In this document: positions 47,995 through 56,152 of the stretch, in pieces
Layout: the number at the start of each line of letters is the position of its first letter
Position numbering within the stretch: the stretch's first letter is position 1
Source: Planctomycetota bacterium
GTDB taxonomy: Bacteria; Planctomycetota; Planctomycetia; Pirellulales; UBA1268
NCBI GenBank assembly: GCA_018970605.1
Contig: JAGWWA010000001.1
Coordinates: 57,742 to 121,741 of the forward strand
Length of the DNA stretch: 64,000 bases
Direction: 5' to 3'
Notes under the pieces: model-generated
Database searches by the model: none
Told to the model about the DNA's origin: nothing
The model's input: only the letters and a program-made list of their open reading frames with translations
Program-made: the position numbers and the translations under genes

Positions 47995-49599
47995 ATGCCA
48001 CCGCCCCCACCTTCGTCACCATCCCGCGAAGGGTTGCTCGCCCGCGTGCGAGCGTCGGACGGGTTCGACCTGATCGTCATCGGGGGCGGCGCGACGGGCC
48101 TCGGCACCGCCCTCGACGCCGCCACCCGCGGCTTCTCCACGCTGCTCGTCGAAGCCGAGGACTTCGGCAAGGGCACGTCGAGCCGGGCCACGAAGCTCGT
48201 CCACGGCGGCGTGCGATATCTCGCGCAGGGCAACGTGTCGCTCGTCCGCGAGGCGCTTCATGAACGAAAACGCTTCCTCGACAACGCCCCGCACCTCGCC
48301 CAGCCCCTTTCATTTCTCGTGCCGGCCTACGGCATCGCAGGTCGGCTCTGGGACCTGCCCTTTTACGGAATCGGTCTGGCGATCTACGAGGCGCTCTCGG
48401 GATCCGAGCGGCTCGGCCGAGTGAGTCTGCTCGGTCGCACGCGAGCCTTGGCCGCCGCGCCCGGCCTGCAGCCAAAGCGGCTCGCCGGCGCGATCCGCTA
48501 CTGGGACGGCCAGTTCGACGACGCCCGGTTCGCCGTGGCCCTCGCCCGCACGGCGATCCGCGAAGGCGCGATCGTGCTCAACCACTGCCGCGTGACGGGC
48601 CTCGTATGCGACAACGGTCGCACGACGGGCGTGATCGCCGAAGACTGCGAGACGGGGGACCGCCTCGACGTCCGCGGACGATGCATCGTCAACGCCACCG
48701 GCGTCTGGGTGGACGCGCTGCGCAAGCTCGACGAGCCCGCGGCGACCGACCTCGTCGCCCCGAGCCAGGGCGTGCACCTGGTCGTCGATCGCGACCACTT
48801 TCCATCCTCGACCGCCATGCTCGTGCCGAGGACGGCCGACGGCCGCGTGCTGTTCGCGGTGCCCTGGCTCGGGAAGGTGATCCTGGGCACGACCGACACG
48901 CCGCGGCACGACACGCCGCTCGAGCCCCGCCCGTTCGACGACGAGATCGACTTCATCCTCGCCGAGGCCGGCCGCCGGCTGGCTGCGCCGCTGTCTCGCA
49001 GCGACGTCCGTTCCGCGTGGGCCGGCCTTCGGCCCCTCGTCAAGCCGGCCACGGGTGGCCGCGACACCAAGCGGATCTCCCGGGAGCACACGGTCGAGGT
49101 CTCCCCGCACGGGCTCGTGACGGTCACGGGCGGCAAGTGGACAACCTACCGGGCGATGGCAGAGAGCGTGCTCGACACGTGCTTCGCGCAGAGCCTGCTG
49201 CCGGCCCGCCCCGGTGGCGCGACGACGCACCTGCGGCTCGTCGGGGCGCCGCCGCGGGCCGCCGCCTGCGTGTCGCTCACCGAACCACCGGGCCCCCATC
49301 TCTACGGCGCCGAGGCGGCCCTCCTCGCCACCTTGCCTGGCGTCGAGCGAATGCTCCTGCCCGGGTTCAGCGAGGCGATGGTCCGGTTCGCCGCCCGGTA
49401 CGAGCTGGCCCGCACGGTGGAAGACGTGCTCGCCCGCCGCTCGCGGTGGCTGTTTCTCGACGCCCGGCGTGCGGCCGATGCGGCGGCGGCCGTCGGCGAG
49501 ATCCTCCGCGACGAGCTCGGCGTCCGCTTCGACGCCGCCACTTCGGTCGCCGAGTTCACGAGGCTCGCGGAGGCGTACCGCGTTGCACCGCTCCCATAG
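47995..49599 (+). CDS. glpD: FAD-dependent glycerol-3-phosphate dehydrogenase
   Basis: FDLIVIGGGATGLGTALDAATRG (dinucleotide fold), EAEDFGKGTSSRATKLVHGGVRYL, ITVTGGKWTTYR. ATG at 47995. Confidence 0.85.
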   Translation: MPPPPPSSPSREGLLARVRASDGFDLIVIGGGATGLGTALDAATRGFSTLLVEAEDFGKGTSSRATKLVHGGVRYLAQGNVSLVREALHERKRFLDNAPHLAQPLSFLVPAYGIAGRLWDLPFYGIGLAIYEALSGSERLGRVSLLGRTRALAAAPGLQPKRLAGAIRYWDGQFDDARFAVALARTAIREGAIVLNHCRVTGLVCDNGRTTGVIAEDCETGDRLDVRGRCIVNATGVWVDALRKLDEPAATDLVAPSQGVHLVVDRDHFPSSTAMLVPRTADGRVLFAVPWLGKVILGTTDTPRHDTPLEPRPFDDEIDFILAEAGRRLAAPLSRSDVRSAWAGLRPLVKPATGGRDTKRISREHTVEVSPHGLVTVTGGKWTTYRAMAESVLDTCFAQSLLPARPGGATTHLRLVGAPPRAAACVSLTEPPGPHLYGAEAALLATLPGVERMLLPGFSEAMVRFAARYELARTVEDVLARRSRWLFLDARRAADAAAAVGEILRDELGVRFDAATSVAEFTRLAEAYRVAPLP

Positions 49600-49702
49600 C
49601 ACGGGTTGGCAGCGTGCCACCCGGTGCCCGTTCGCGGTTCGTTTGCATGGGCGGCGCAGGCTTCGCTATCTTCCGGCTCCCTTCGCAGGAACCTACCCGC
49701 CC

Positions 49703-50959
49703 ATGATCCGAATCCATCCCTTCGCCGCTCTCCGCCCCACCGCCGCCCATGCCGCCGAGGTCGCCAGCGATCCCTACGACGTGATCTCGACCGACGAGGC
49801 CCGCGAGCGGGCGGCCGGCAAGCCGCGGTCGTTCCTGCACGTGGTTCGCTCCGAGATCGATCTGCCGCCGGCAACCGACTGCCATGCCGCGGAAGTCTAC
49901 GAACAGGCCGACCGAAATCTGCGGGGGATGATCGCCGCCGGCTCGCTGCTCCGCGATCCCGAGCCGGGCCTCTATCTCTACCGCCAGATCAGGAACGGCC
50001 AGGCCCAGCTGGGGATCGTGTGCTGCGTCGAGGCCGAGCAATACCGCTCGGGCGAAATCCGCAAGCACGAGAAGACGCGACCCGACAAGGAAGACGACCG
50101 CACCCGGCACCTGCTCGTCACCGCCTGCCACGCCGAGCCGGTGTTTCTCTGCTTTCGCGACCGCCAGCTCGCCGGCGGCACGCTGGCCGCGCGGATGCAG
50201 GCCGACGCGGCGACCGCCCCGCTCTTCGACTTCGTCGCGGCGGACGGCGTTCAGCACACCGGCTGGCAGGCGTCTGACGTGGCCTCCTACGTCGAGGCGT
50301 TCCGCGGGCTCGATCTGCTCTACATCGCCGACGGCCACCATCGCTCCGCCGGCGCCGAACGGGCGGCCACAGCCTCGGCGCAGGCCAACCCGCGGCACAC
50401 CGGCGGCGAGGAATACGGCCGCTTCATGGCCGTCGTCTTTCCGCACGACCAGCTCCGCATCCTGCCCTACAACCGCGTCGTCAAGGATCTCGGCGGCCTC
50501 ACACCCGAGCAGTTCCTCGAGCGGCTGCGGGGCGTCGGCGACGTGAGGCCGTCGCAGGCGGGCGAACCAGACCACCGGGGCACGGTGCGGGTGTTCGTGA
50601 AGGGAAGCTGGTGGTCGCTCGTGTTTCCCGATGCGTCGATCAACCGGGCCGACCCGATCGCCAGCCTCGACGTCTCGCTCCTCCAAGACCGCGTCCTGGC
50701 CCCGCTTCTCGGAATCGGCGATCCCCGCACCGATTCCCGGATCGAGTTCGTCGGCGGCATCCGCGGCTGCGACGAGCTCGAGCGGCGGGCGGGCCGCGGT
50801 GGCGTCGCCTTTTCGATGCATGCCACGAGCCCCGACGAGCTGCTCGCCGTGGCCGACGCGGGCGAGATCATGCCGCCGAAGAGCACCTGGTTCGAGCCCA
50901 AACTCCGCAGCGGCCTGTTCGTCCACGAGTTCGAACGCATCGCCGGCGCCCGGGCCTGA
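49703..50959 (+). CDS. DUF1015 family protein
   Basis: MIRIHPFAALRP ... YDVISTDEAR ... LYLYRQ ... QLGIVCCV ... IRKHEKTRPDKEDDRTRH ... EPVFLCF, the hallmark DUF1015 motifs. Confidence 0.85.
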   Translation: MIRIHPFAALRPTAAHAAEVASDPYDVISTDEARERAAGKPRSFLHVVRSEIDLPPATDCHAAEVYEQADRNLRGMIAAGSLLRDPEPGLYLYRQIRNGQAQLGIVCCVEAEQYRSGEIRKHEKTRPDKEDDRTRHLLVTACHAEPVFLCFRDRQLAGGTLAARMQADAATAPLFDFVAADGVQHTGWQASDVASYVEAFRGLDLLYIADGHHRSAGAERAATASAQANPRHTGGEEYGRFMAVVFPHDQLRILPYNRVVKDLGGLTPEQFLERLRGVGDVRPSQAGEPDHRGTVRVFVKGSWWSLVFPDASINRADPIASLDVSLLQDRVLAPLLGIGDPRTDSRIEFVGGIRGCDELERRAGRGGVAFSMHATSPDELLAVADAGEIMPPKSTWFEPKLRSGLFVHEFERIAGARA

Positions 50960-50990
50960 TACAGTCCCGCCAGGAAGCCGAAGGCCGTCA

Positions 50991-51182
50991 TACGCGTCGC
51001 ACGTGATCCTCGCGCGTTTTTCCACGGAACCCTCCAAGCCCGGAGCGGAAGCGACGGGAACGGCTCCGCGGATCGGCAAGCGTCGCTCGCCGCCGCCACG
51101 CGTGATCCCCTCGCTTCCGCTCGGGGCTTCCTGGCGGAGTGACACCACCGCAGGAACGCCTCAGAATCACGTCTGACGCGTA
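50991..51182 (-). repeat. palindromic MITE/REP-like element, family A, copy 3 (~192 bp, inverted relative to copy 2)
   Basis: Termini tacgcgtcgcacgtgat ... atcacgtctgacgcgta. The internal sequence is collinear with the reverse complement of 47241-47431. Confidence 0.75.
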
Positions 51183-51230
51183 CAAGGCCTCGGGCGCGGT
51201 CGAGATGAGGCCGAGTCTGTTCTGGCAGCA

Positions 51231-51259
51231 CCCCGCGGCCTCACGGCCGGTCGGCTTTC
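51231..51259 (+). repeat. partial family B repeat
   Basis: ccccgcggcctcacggccggtcggctttc matches the 25-nt B unit with one or two changes. Confidence 0.5.
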
Positions 51260-51287
51260 ACTCACCACGCCTCGCGAGCTCTTCCGC

Positions 51288-52889
51288 TTACGGAAATCGC
51301 ACGCTGCGCCCGCTCGAATCCCAGGCGTCGAACACCAGATGCTCCGGCGACACGCCGTCCTTGCCGACGACGTGAAGCTGGATGTGCGTCCGGTCCTCGA
51401 ACTGCGTGATCTCCCGCCGCTTGCGGTTGTTGATCCACGTCGCCACCTCGTCGTGCACCGTGATGTTCAGCCGGGTCACATCGTCGCGGGTCTCCGACAG
51501 GTGGAGCGTCCGCATCACCTCGATCGCCATGCTCTCGGCCGTCTTCACAGTGCCCGTGCCGGTGCAGGTGGGACAGTCGCGGAAGATGCTCTTGCGGAGC
51601 GACGGACGAATCCGCTGCCTCGTCATCTCGATCAGACCGAAGGGGCTCGTCCGCAGGATCTTCGTGCGGGCCCGGTCGCGCTTCATCGCCTCGTGGAGTG
51701 ACTTCTCGACGCCGCGGCGATACTTCTCCTTCCGCATGTCGATGAAGTCGTTCACGATCACACCGCCGAGGTCGCGGAGCCGCAGCTGCCGGGCGATCTC
51801 CTTGGCCGCGATCAGGTTCATCTGGTAGGCGTTCTCCTCGGCGCTCTTTTCGGTGCGGAACGAGCCCGAGTTGACGTCGATCGCCACCAGGGCCTCCGTC
51901 TGGTCGATCACGATCGACCCGCCCCCCTTGAGTGGCACCTTCCGCTGGTGGATGCGCCCGATCTCCTCCTCCAAACCGTAGCGGTGGAAGAGCGGCTCCT
52001 TGCCCTCGTAGAGCTGCAGCCGCGGGGCGTACTTCGGCATCACGAGCTCCAGAAACTCCTTGGCACGCTCGTAGGCGGCCGGCTCGTCGATCAGGATCCG
52101 CGCCACGTCCTCCGTGAACATGTCACGGATCGTGCGGATGATCATGTCGCTCTCCTGGTAGATGTCGATCGGCGCGGAATACTTTCGCATCCGCTTCACG
52201 ATGCTCTTCCAGAGCCGCAGGAGATAGGCCATGTCGCGGGCCATCTCCGACTTCGTCCGCTCGGTGCCGGCCGTGCGGACCACGAAACCCACCCCCTTCG
52301 GCGGCTTGAGGTCGAGCATGATGTCGCGGAGCACGCGGCGATCCCGCTCGTCGTCGATCTTCTTGGAGATGCCCACGCGGCCGAGCGGCGGCATCAGAAC
52401 GAGGTAGCGCCCGGGGATCGAGATGTAGGTGGAAAGGGTCGGCCCCTTGGTGCCGAAGCCCTCCTTGATCACCTGCACGAGCACCTCGTCTCCGCGGCGA
52501 AGGACGTCCTGGATCGGCGGCTTCACCCGCGGCCGGTCGCCGAGCCGCGGCTTCCGCCGGGCCCGGGCAGCCTCGTCCCCGGCGGCCTCGACCGTCTTCC
52601 CCGAGGGATCGACCACGTCAAACGCCTTGTCGGGATCGAGCCCGCCCTGCCGGTAGTACTGCGGCTCCACGTCGCTGATGTGGAGGAAGCCGTTGCGGCC
52701 CACGCCGAAGTCCACGAACGCCGCCTGGATCGACGGCTCGATGTTGACGATCCGCCCCTTGTAGATGTTGCCGACGAGGTTGTCCTGGCTGGTTCGCTCC
52801 ACGTAGAGCTCCTCCAGCACCCCGTCTTCCATGATCGCGATCCGGCACTCTTCCGGCTGCGACACGTTGATCAGCATTTCCTGCTTCAT
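51288..52889 (-). CDS. rng: ribonuclease G/E family endoribonuclease
   Basis: MLINVSQPEECRIAIMEDGVLEELYVER ... VGNIYKGRIVNIEPSIQAAFVDFG (S1 domain), TEALVAIDVNSG, and a Zn-link CPTCTGTG. Confidence 0.9.
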   Translation of the reverse strand: MKQEMLINVSQPEECRIAIMEDGVLEELYVERTSQDNLVGNIYKGRIVNIEPSIQAAFVDFGVGRNGFLHISDVEPQYYRQGGLDPDKAFDVVDPSGKTVEAAGDEAARARRKPRLGDRPRVKPPIQDVLRRGDEVLVQVIKEGFGTKGPTLSTYISIPGRYLVLMPPLGRVGISKKIDDERDRRVLRDIMLDLKPPKGVGFVVRTAGTERTKSEMARDMAYLLRLWKSIVKRMRKYSAPIDIYQESDMIIRTIRDMFTEDVARILIDEPAAYERAKEFLELVMPKYAPRLQLYEGKEPLFHRYGLEEEIGRIHQRKVPLKGGGSIVIDQTEALVAIDVNSGSFRTEKSAEENAYQMNLIAAKEIARQLRLRDLGGVIVNDFIDMRKEKYRRGVEKSLHEAMKRDRARTKILRTSPFGLIEMTRQRIRPSLRKSIFRDCPTCTGTGTVKTAESMAIEVMRTLHLSETRDDVTRLNITVHDEVATWINNRKRREITQFEDRTHIQLHVVGKDGVSPEHLVFDAWDSSGRSVRFP

Positions 52890-52935
52890 CGGTTTTTCCC
52901 TTCTCTGTTCGCCGCCCCGGAAGGGCGGCGGGGCT

Positions 52936-54675
52936 CTAGGCCCCGGTATGGGCGAGCAGGCGGCGCATCTGGTCGCGCAGGTAGGCCTTCACCTCCTGCG
53001 CGCCGTGCATCGCCAGCGCCTTGTCGGCGACCACGCGGCAGTCGGCGGCCGAAACGCTTCGGCACACCTGCTTCACCTCCGGAACGGCGCTTGCCGGCAC
53101 GCTCAGCTGCCGCAAGCCCAGCCCCAGAAGCAGCTGCGTGAACATCACGCTGCCACTCATCTGGCCGCACACATTGGCCGGCACCCCGGCCTCCCGCGCC
53201 ACGTCCAGCGAGCGGCGCAACAGCCGCAGCACCGCCGGATCGCAGGCGTTGTACAGATCCGCAACCTCCTTGTTGCCCCGATCGACCGCCAGCGTGTACT
53301 GGATCAGGTCGTTGGTGCCGATCGAGACGAAATCAACCTCCTTGATGAACGCGTCGAGCATCATCGCGGCGGCTGGCGTCTCGACCATCATCCCCACCGG
53401 CATCTTCGGGTTGAACGAGATGCCGTGCTCGGCGAGATCCTCCATCACGTCGGCGAGCACCATCCGGGCCTGACGCAGCTCGACGATCGTGGAGATGAGC
53501 GGAAACATCACGCGGACATCGCCCAGGGCGCTCGCCCGGAGAATCGCCCGCAGCTGCGTGCGAAACACCGGCAGCTGCCGCAGCGAGAGGCGGATGCTCC
53601 GCAGGCCGAGGCAGGGATTCCGCTCCTCCTCGGGCGTCGTCTCGGTGAGCATCTTGTCCGCGCCGAGGTCGAGCGTGCGGATCACCACGGGCTTGCCGCC
53701 CATCGCGTTGACGACCTCGCTGTAGGCCCTGTAGTGGTCTTCCTCGGTCGGCTCCCGCTTGCTCGTGAGGTAGAGAAACTCGGTGCGATAGAGGCCGATG
53801 CCGTCGCAGCCGCGGCTGATGCACTGCTCCACCTCGCTCGGAAACTCGATGTTTCCCATGATCTGCACGCGAACGCCGTCGGTGGTCTCGGCGGGCAGGT
53901 CGCGGAGGCGGTCGAGCTTCGCCGCCACGTGCTTGGCGGCCTCCTCCTCAAGCCGATACTGGGCGATCGTCTCCTCGTCGGGCTGGAGGATGATCACCCC
54001 CTGATTGCCGTCGAGGATCACCGGCTCGCCCCCCGACACGTCGGCCAGGAACGGGCCCACGCCGACCACCGCCGGGATCTCGAGCCCCTCGGCCACGATG
54101 GCGGTGTGGCTGCCCGGCCCGCCGAGTTCGGTGGCGAAGCCCTTCACGAGCCGGCGATCGAGGTTGGCCGTCTCGCTGGGCGTGAGGTTGTGCGCCAGCA
54201 CCACCACCGGCTGCGAGATCGCCGCGAGCGTCTCCCGCCGCTGGCCCAGCAGGTTTCGCAGCAGGCTCTTCTCCAGGTCGTAAATGTCGTGCGCCCGCTG
54301 GGCGATGTGGTTGTCGAGGTTCTGGAAGGCCTTGGCGTAGCGGCGGAGCGTGCGGCTCACCGCGTATTCGGGCCACCAGTTCCGGTCGCGGACGGCGCTG
54401 GTCAGCTCCTCCTGGAGCTTCGGGTCGTGGAGCATCGCCAGGTGCGCCTCGAAGATCGCGGCGTACTGGTCGCCGAGTTCGCCGCGGATGGCGTCGCGAT
54501 TCCGCTCCACCTCGCAGGTGGTCTCGGCCACGGCCGTGGCCAGGCGGGCCAGTTCCGTGTCGACGGCGCTTCGCTCCACGAAGCGGCGCGGGATGCGAAA
54601 GCCCTCGGAGTCGAGGACGAGCGCCTCGCCGATCGTGACACCGGGCGAGACGGCAATGCCTTGGAGTTTGAGCAT
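52936..54675 (-). CDS. ptsI: phosphoenolpyruvate-protein phosphotransferase (PTS enzyme I)
   Basis: GIAVSPGVTIGEALVL, GGPGSHTAIVAEGLEIPAVVG (active-site His), LYRTEFLY, SIGTNDLIQYTLAVDR. Confidence 0.9.
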   Translation of the reverse strand: MLKLQGIAVSPGVTIGEALVLDSEGFRIPRRFVERSAVDTELARLATAVAETTCEVERNRDAIRGELGDQYAAIFEAHLAMLHDPKLQEELTSAVRDRNWWPEYAVSRTLRRYAKAFQNLDNHIAQRAHDIYDLEKSLLRNLLGQRRETLAAISQPVVVLAHNLTPSETANLDRRLVKGFATELGGPGSHTAIVAEGLEIPAVVGVGPFLADVSGGEPVILDGNQGVIILQPDEETIAQYRLEEEAAKHVAAKLDRLRDLPAETTDGVRVQIMGNIEFPSEVEQCISRGCDGIGLYRTEFLYLTSKREPTEEDHYRAYSEVVNAMGGKPVVIRTLDLGADKMLTETTPEEERNPCLGLRSIRLSLRQLPVFRTQLRAILRASALGDVRVMFPLISTIVELRQARMVLADVMEDLAEHGISFNPKMPVGMMVETPAAAMMLDAFIKEVDFVSIGTNDLIQYTLAVDRGNKEVADLYNACDPAVLRLLRRSLDVAREAGVPANVCGQMSGSVMFTQLLLGLGLRQLSVPASAVPEVKQVCRSVSAADCRVVADKALAMHGAQEVKAYLRDQMRRLLAHTGA

Positions 54676-54828
54676 CGGGCGCAGTCCGCCCGCCGGCCGC
54701 AGAGGCCCACGCGGGAGATCGCACGGCCCGCGGAGGCGGGGGCGATCGGGATCCCGGGGACTCGCGCCTGGCGGTTGGTCGCGGCTCCTTCAGTGGTTTC
54801 GGTCGTGTTGGTTGGACCGCGGCGAACG

Positions 54829-54846
54829 GGGGCCGTGCTCGGCCCC
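54829..54846 (-). terminator. short GC hairpin just after ptsH, a possible attenuator or terminator
   Basis: ggggccg-tgct-cggcccc, a 7-bp stem 16 nt after the ptsH stop. No U-tract. Confidence 0.25.
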
Positions 54847-54862
54847 GAACACGTTCTCCGGG

Positions 54863-55204
54863 TCAGGAATCCTGATGGTTCTCGTGTTCGTTGAAGCGGC
54901 TCTCGAACAGGCTGCCGATGGCATCGAGCGCCTCGCGGGCATCCGGCCCGGTCGCCTCCACCACCAGCCTGGTGCCCGCCTCGGCGGCGAGCGTGAGCAG
55001 TTCGAGGATGCTCTTGCCGTCGGCCCGCTGCGACTCGTTGACGAGCGCGATCCGCGACTGCCACTTCCGCGCCTCGCGGGCGAGCAGGTCGGCGGGGCGG
55101 GCGTGCAGACCCGCCGCATTCACCACGACGACCTCGCGCGACACGGTCTCCTGCTGGAGGCCGGCGGCGGCGTCGCGAACGGATTCGGGGCTCTCTGCGG
55201 TCAT
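54863..55204 (-). CDS. ptsH: HPr family phosphocarrier protein (NPr-like) with an N-terminal extension
   Basis: VVVVNAAGLHARPADLL (His-15 context) and GKSILELLTLAAEAGTRLVVEATGPDAREAL. The ATG is 1 nt after the ptsN stop. Confidence 0.8.
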   Translation of the reverse strand: MTAESPESVRDAAAGLQQETVSREVVVVNAAGLHARPADLLAREARKWQSRIALVNESQRADGKSILELLTLAAEAGTRLVVEATGPDAREALDAIGSLFESRFNEHENHQDS

Positions 55205-55205
55205 G

Positions 55206-55682
55206 TCAGGACACCACGCCGTGGCTGTCGGCCTCTTCGAGGAGGTGCTGGATATCCACCGGCTCCTTGGCCGCCTTCAGCAGCCGACAGAAGGAATCGT
55301 CGCGGAGCTGACGGGAGATGTTCTCGAGGGCGCGGAGGTGGTCGCCGGGACGGTCGGGGGGCGAGACGAGCAGAAAGAACAGCTGCACGGGCTCGCCGTC
55401 CAGGCTCTGAAAATCGATCCCCTGCTGGCTCACGGCCACCGTGCCCACGAGCTTGTTCACGCTGGGATGCTTGGTGTGGGGCACGGCCACGCCGCGGCCG
55501 ATGCCCGTGCTGCCGAGATCCTCCCGCTTCATGATCGCCTTGACGATCCCTTCGAGGTCACCCGGAGCGATCTTGCCGGCGTCCACGAGCGACTGGGCCA
55601 TCTCGCGAACCACACCCTCCTTCGTGGCGGCATGAACGTGCGAGCGGATCGCGCCGGTGGCGACGAAATCGGAAAACTTCAT
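55206..55682 (-). CDS. ptsN: PTS IIA-like nitrogen regulatory protein
   Basis: REDLGSTGIGRGVAVPHTK (phosphorylatable His context) and VQLFFLLVSPPDRPGDHLRALENISRQL. Confidence 0.85.
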   Translation of the reverse strand: MKFSDFVATGAIRSHVHAATKEGVVREMAQSLVDAGKIAPGDLEGIVKAIMKREDLGSTGIGRGVAVPHTKHPSVNKLVGTVAVSQQGIDFQSLDGEPVQLFFLLVSPPDRPGDHLRALENISRQLRDDSFCRLLKAAKEPVDIQHLLEEADSHGVVS

Positions 55683-55727
55683 GCGTGATGCCGTGTCGGA
55701 AGGTGGGTGGCGGACGGAAGCCGAGAT

Positions 55728-56048
55728 TCAGGACCGCCGGCTCGACTGCACGTGCTTGTGGTCACGGACCTTTTCCTTGTGCTTGCGGAGCTGCTGCTCC
55801 ATCTTCTGCACCGCGCCGTCCACGCTCCGCCAGAGTTGGGGGGACGCCTCATGGCTGACGAGCTCGTGGAAGTGCTCCGACGACGCCACGATCTCCACCG
55901 CTGGCAGCGACGAGTTCTGCAGATCGACCGTCACGTTCAGGGCCGTCAGCCGGTCGAAATACCGCGTCAGCCGCGACACCTTCGACTCAATCTTGGACTG
56001 CGAGGCCGGGCTCAACTGGCCGTGCCGTGCGGAAACTCTGGTCTGCAC
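55728..56048 (-). CDS. hpf: ribosome hibernation promoting factor / sigma-54 modulation protein family
   Basis: VQTRVSARHGQLSPASQSKIESKVSRLTRYFDRLTALNVTVDL ... EHFHELVSHEASPQLWRSVDGAVQKMEQQLRKHKEK. GTG at 56048 with GAGGAG 7 nt upstream. Confidence 0.8.
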   Translation of the reverse strand: MQTRVSARHGQLSPASQSKIESKVSRLTRYFDRLTALNVTVDLQNSSLPAVEIVASSEHFHELVSHEASPQLWRSVDGAVQKMEQQLRKHKEKVRDHKHVQSSRRS

Positions 56049-56152
56049 GCAAACGCTCCTCAAATGGTGGATACGAAGGAGCCAGGAGCATATCACCCGC
56101 GGCGGCAGCCCAGCAATTCAGACCGCGGAAACAACGGACGTGGGCGCGAAAG

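Noticed and set aside
47241-51182. Inverted family A copies flanking rplU-glpD-DUF1015, considered as a composite transposon.
   Set aside because: The enclosed genes are core housekeeping genes on both strands, no transposase is present, and the repeats sit at 3' ends of convergent genes as elsewhere in the window. Coincidental placement of REP-like elements is more likely.
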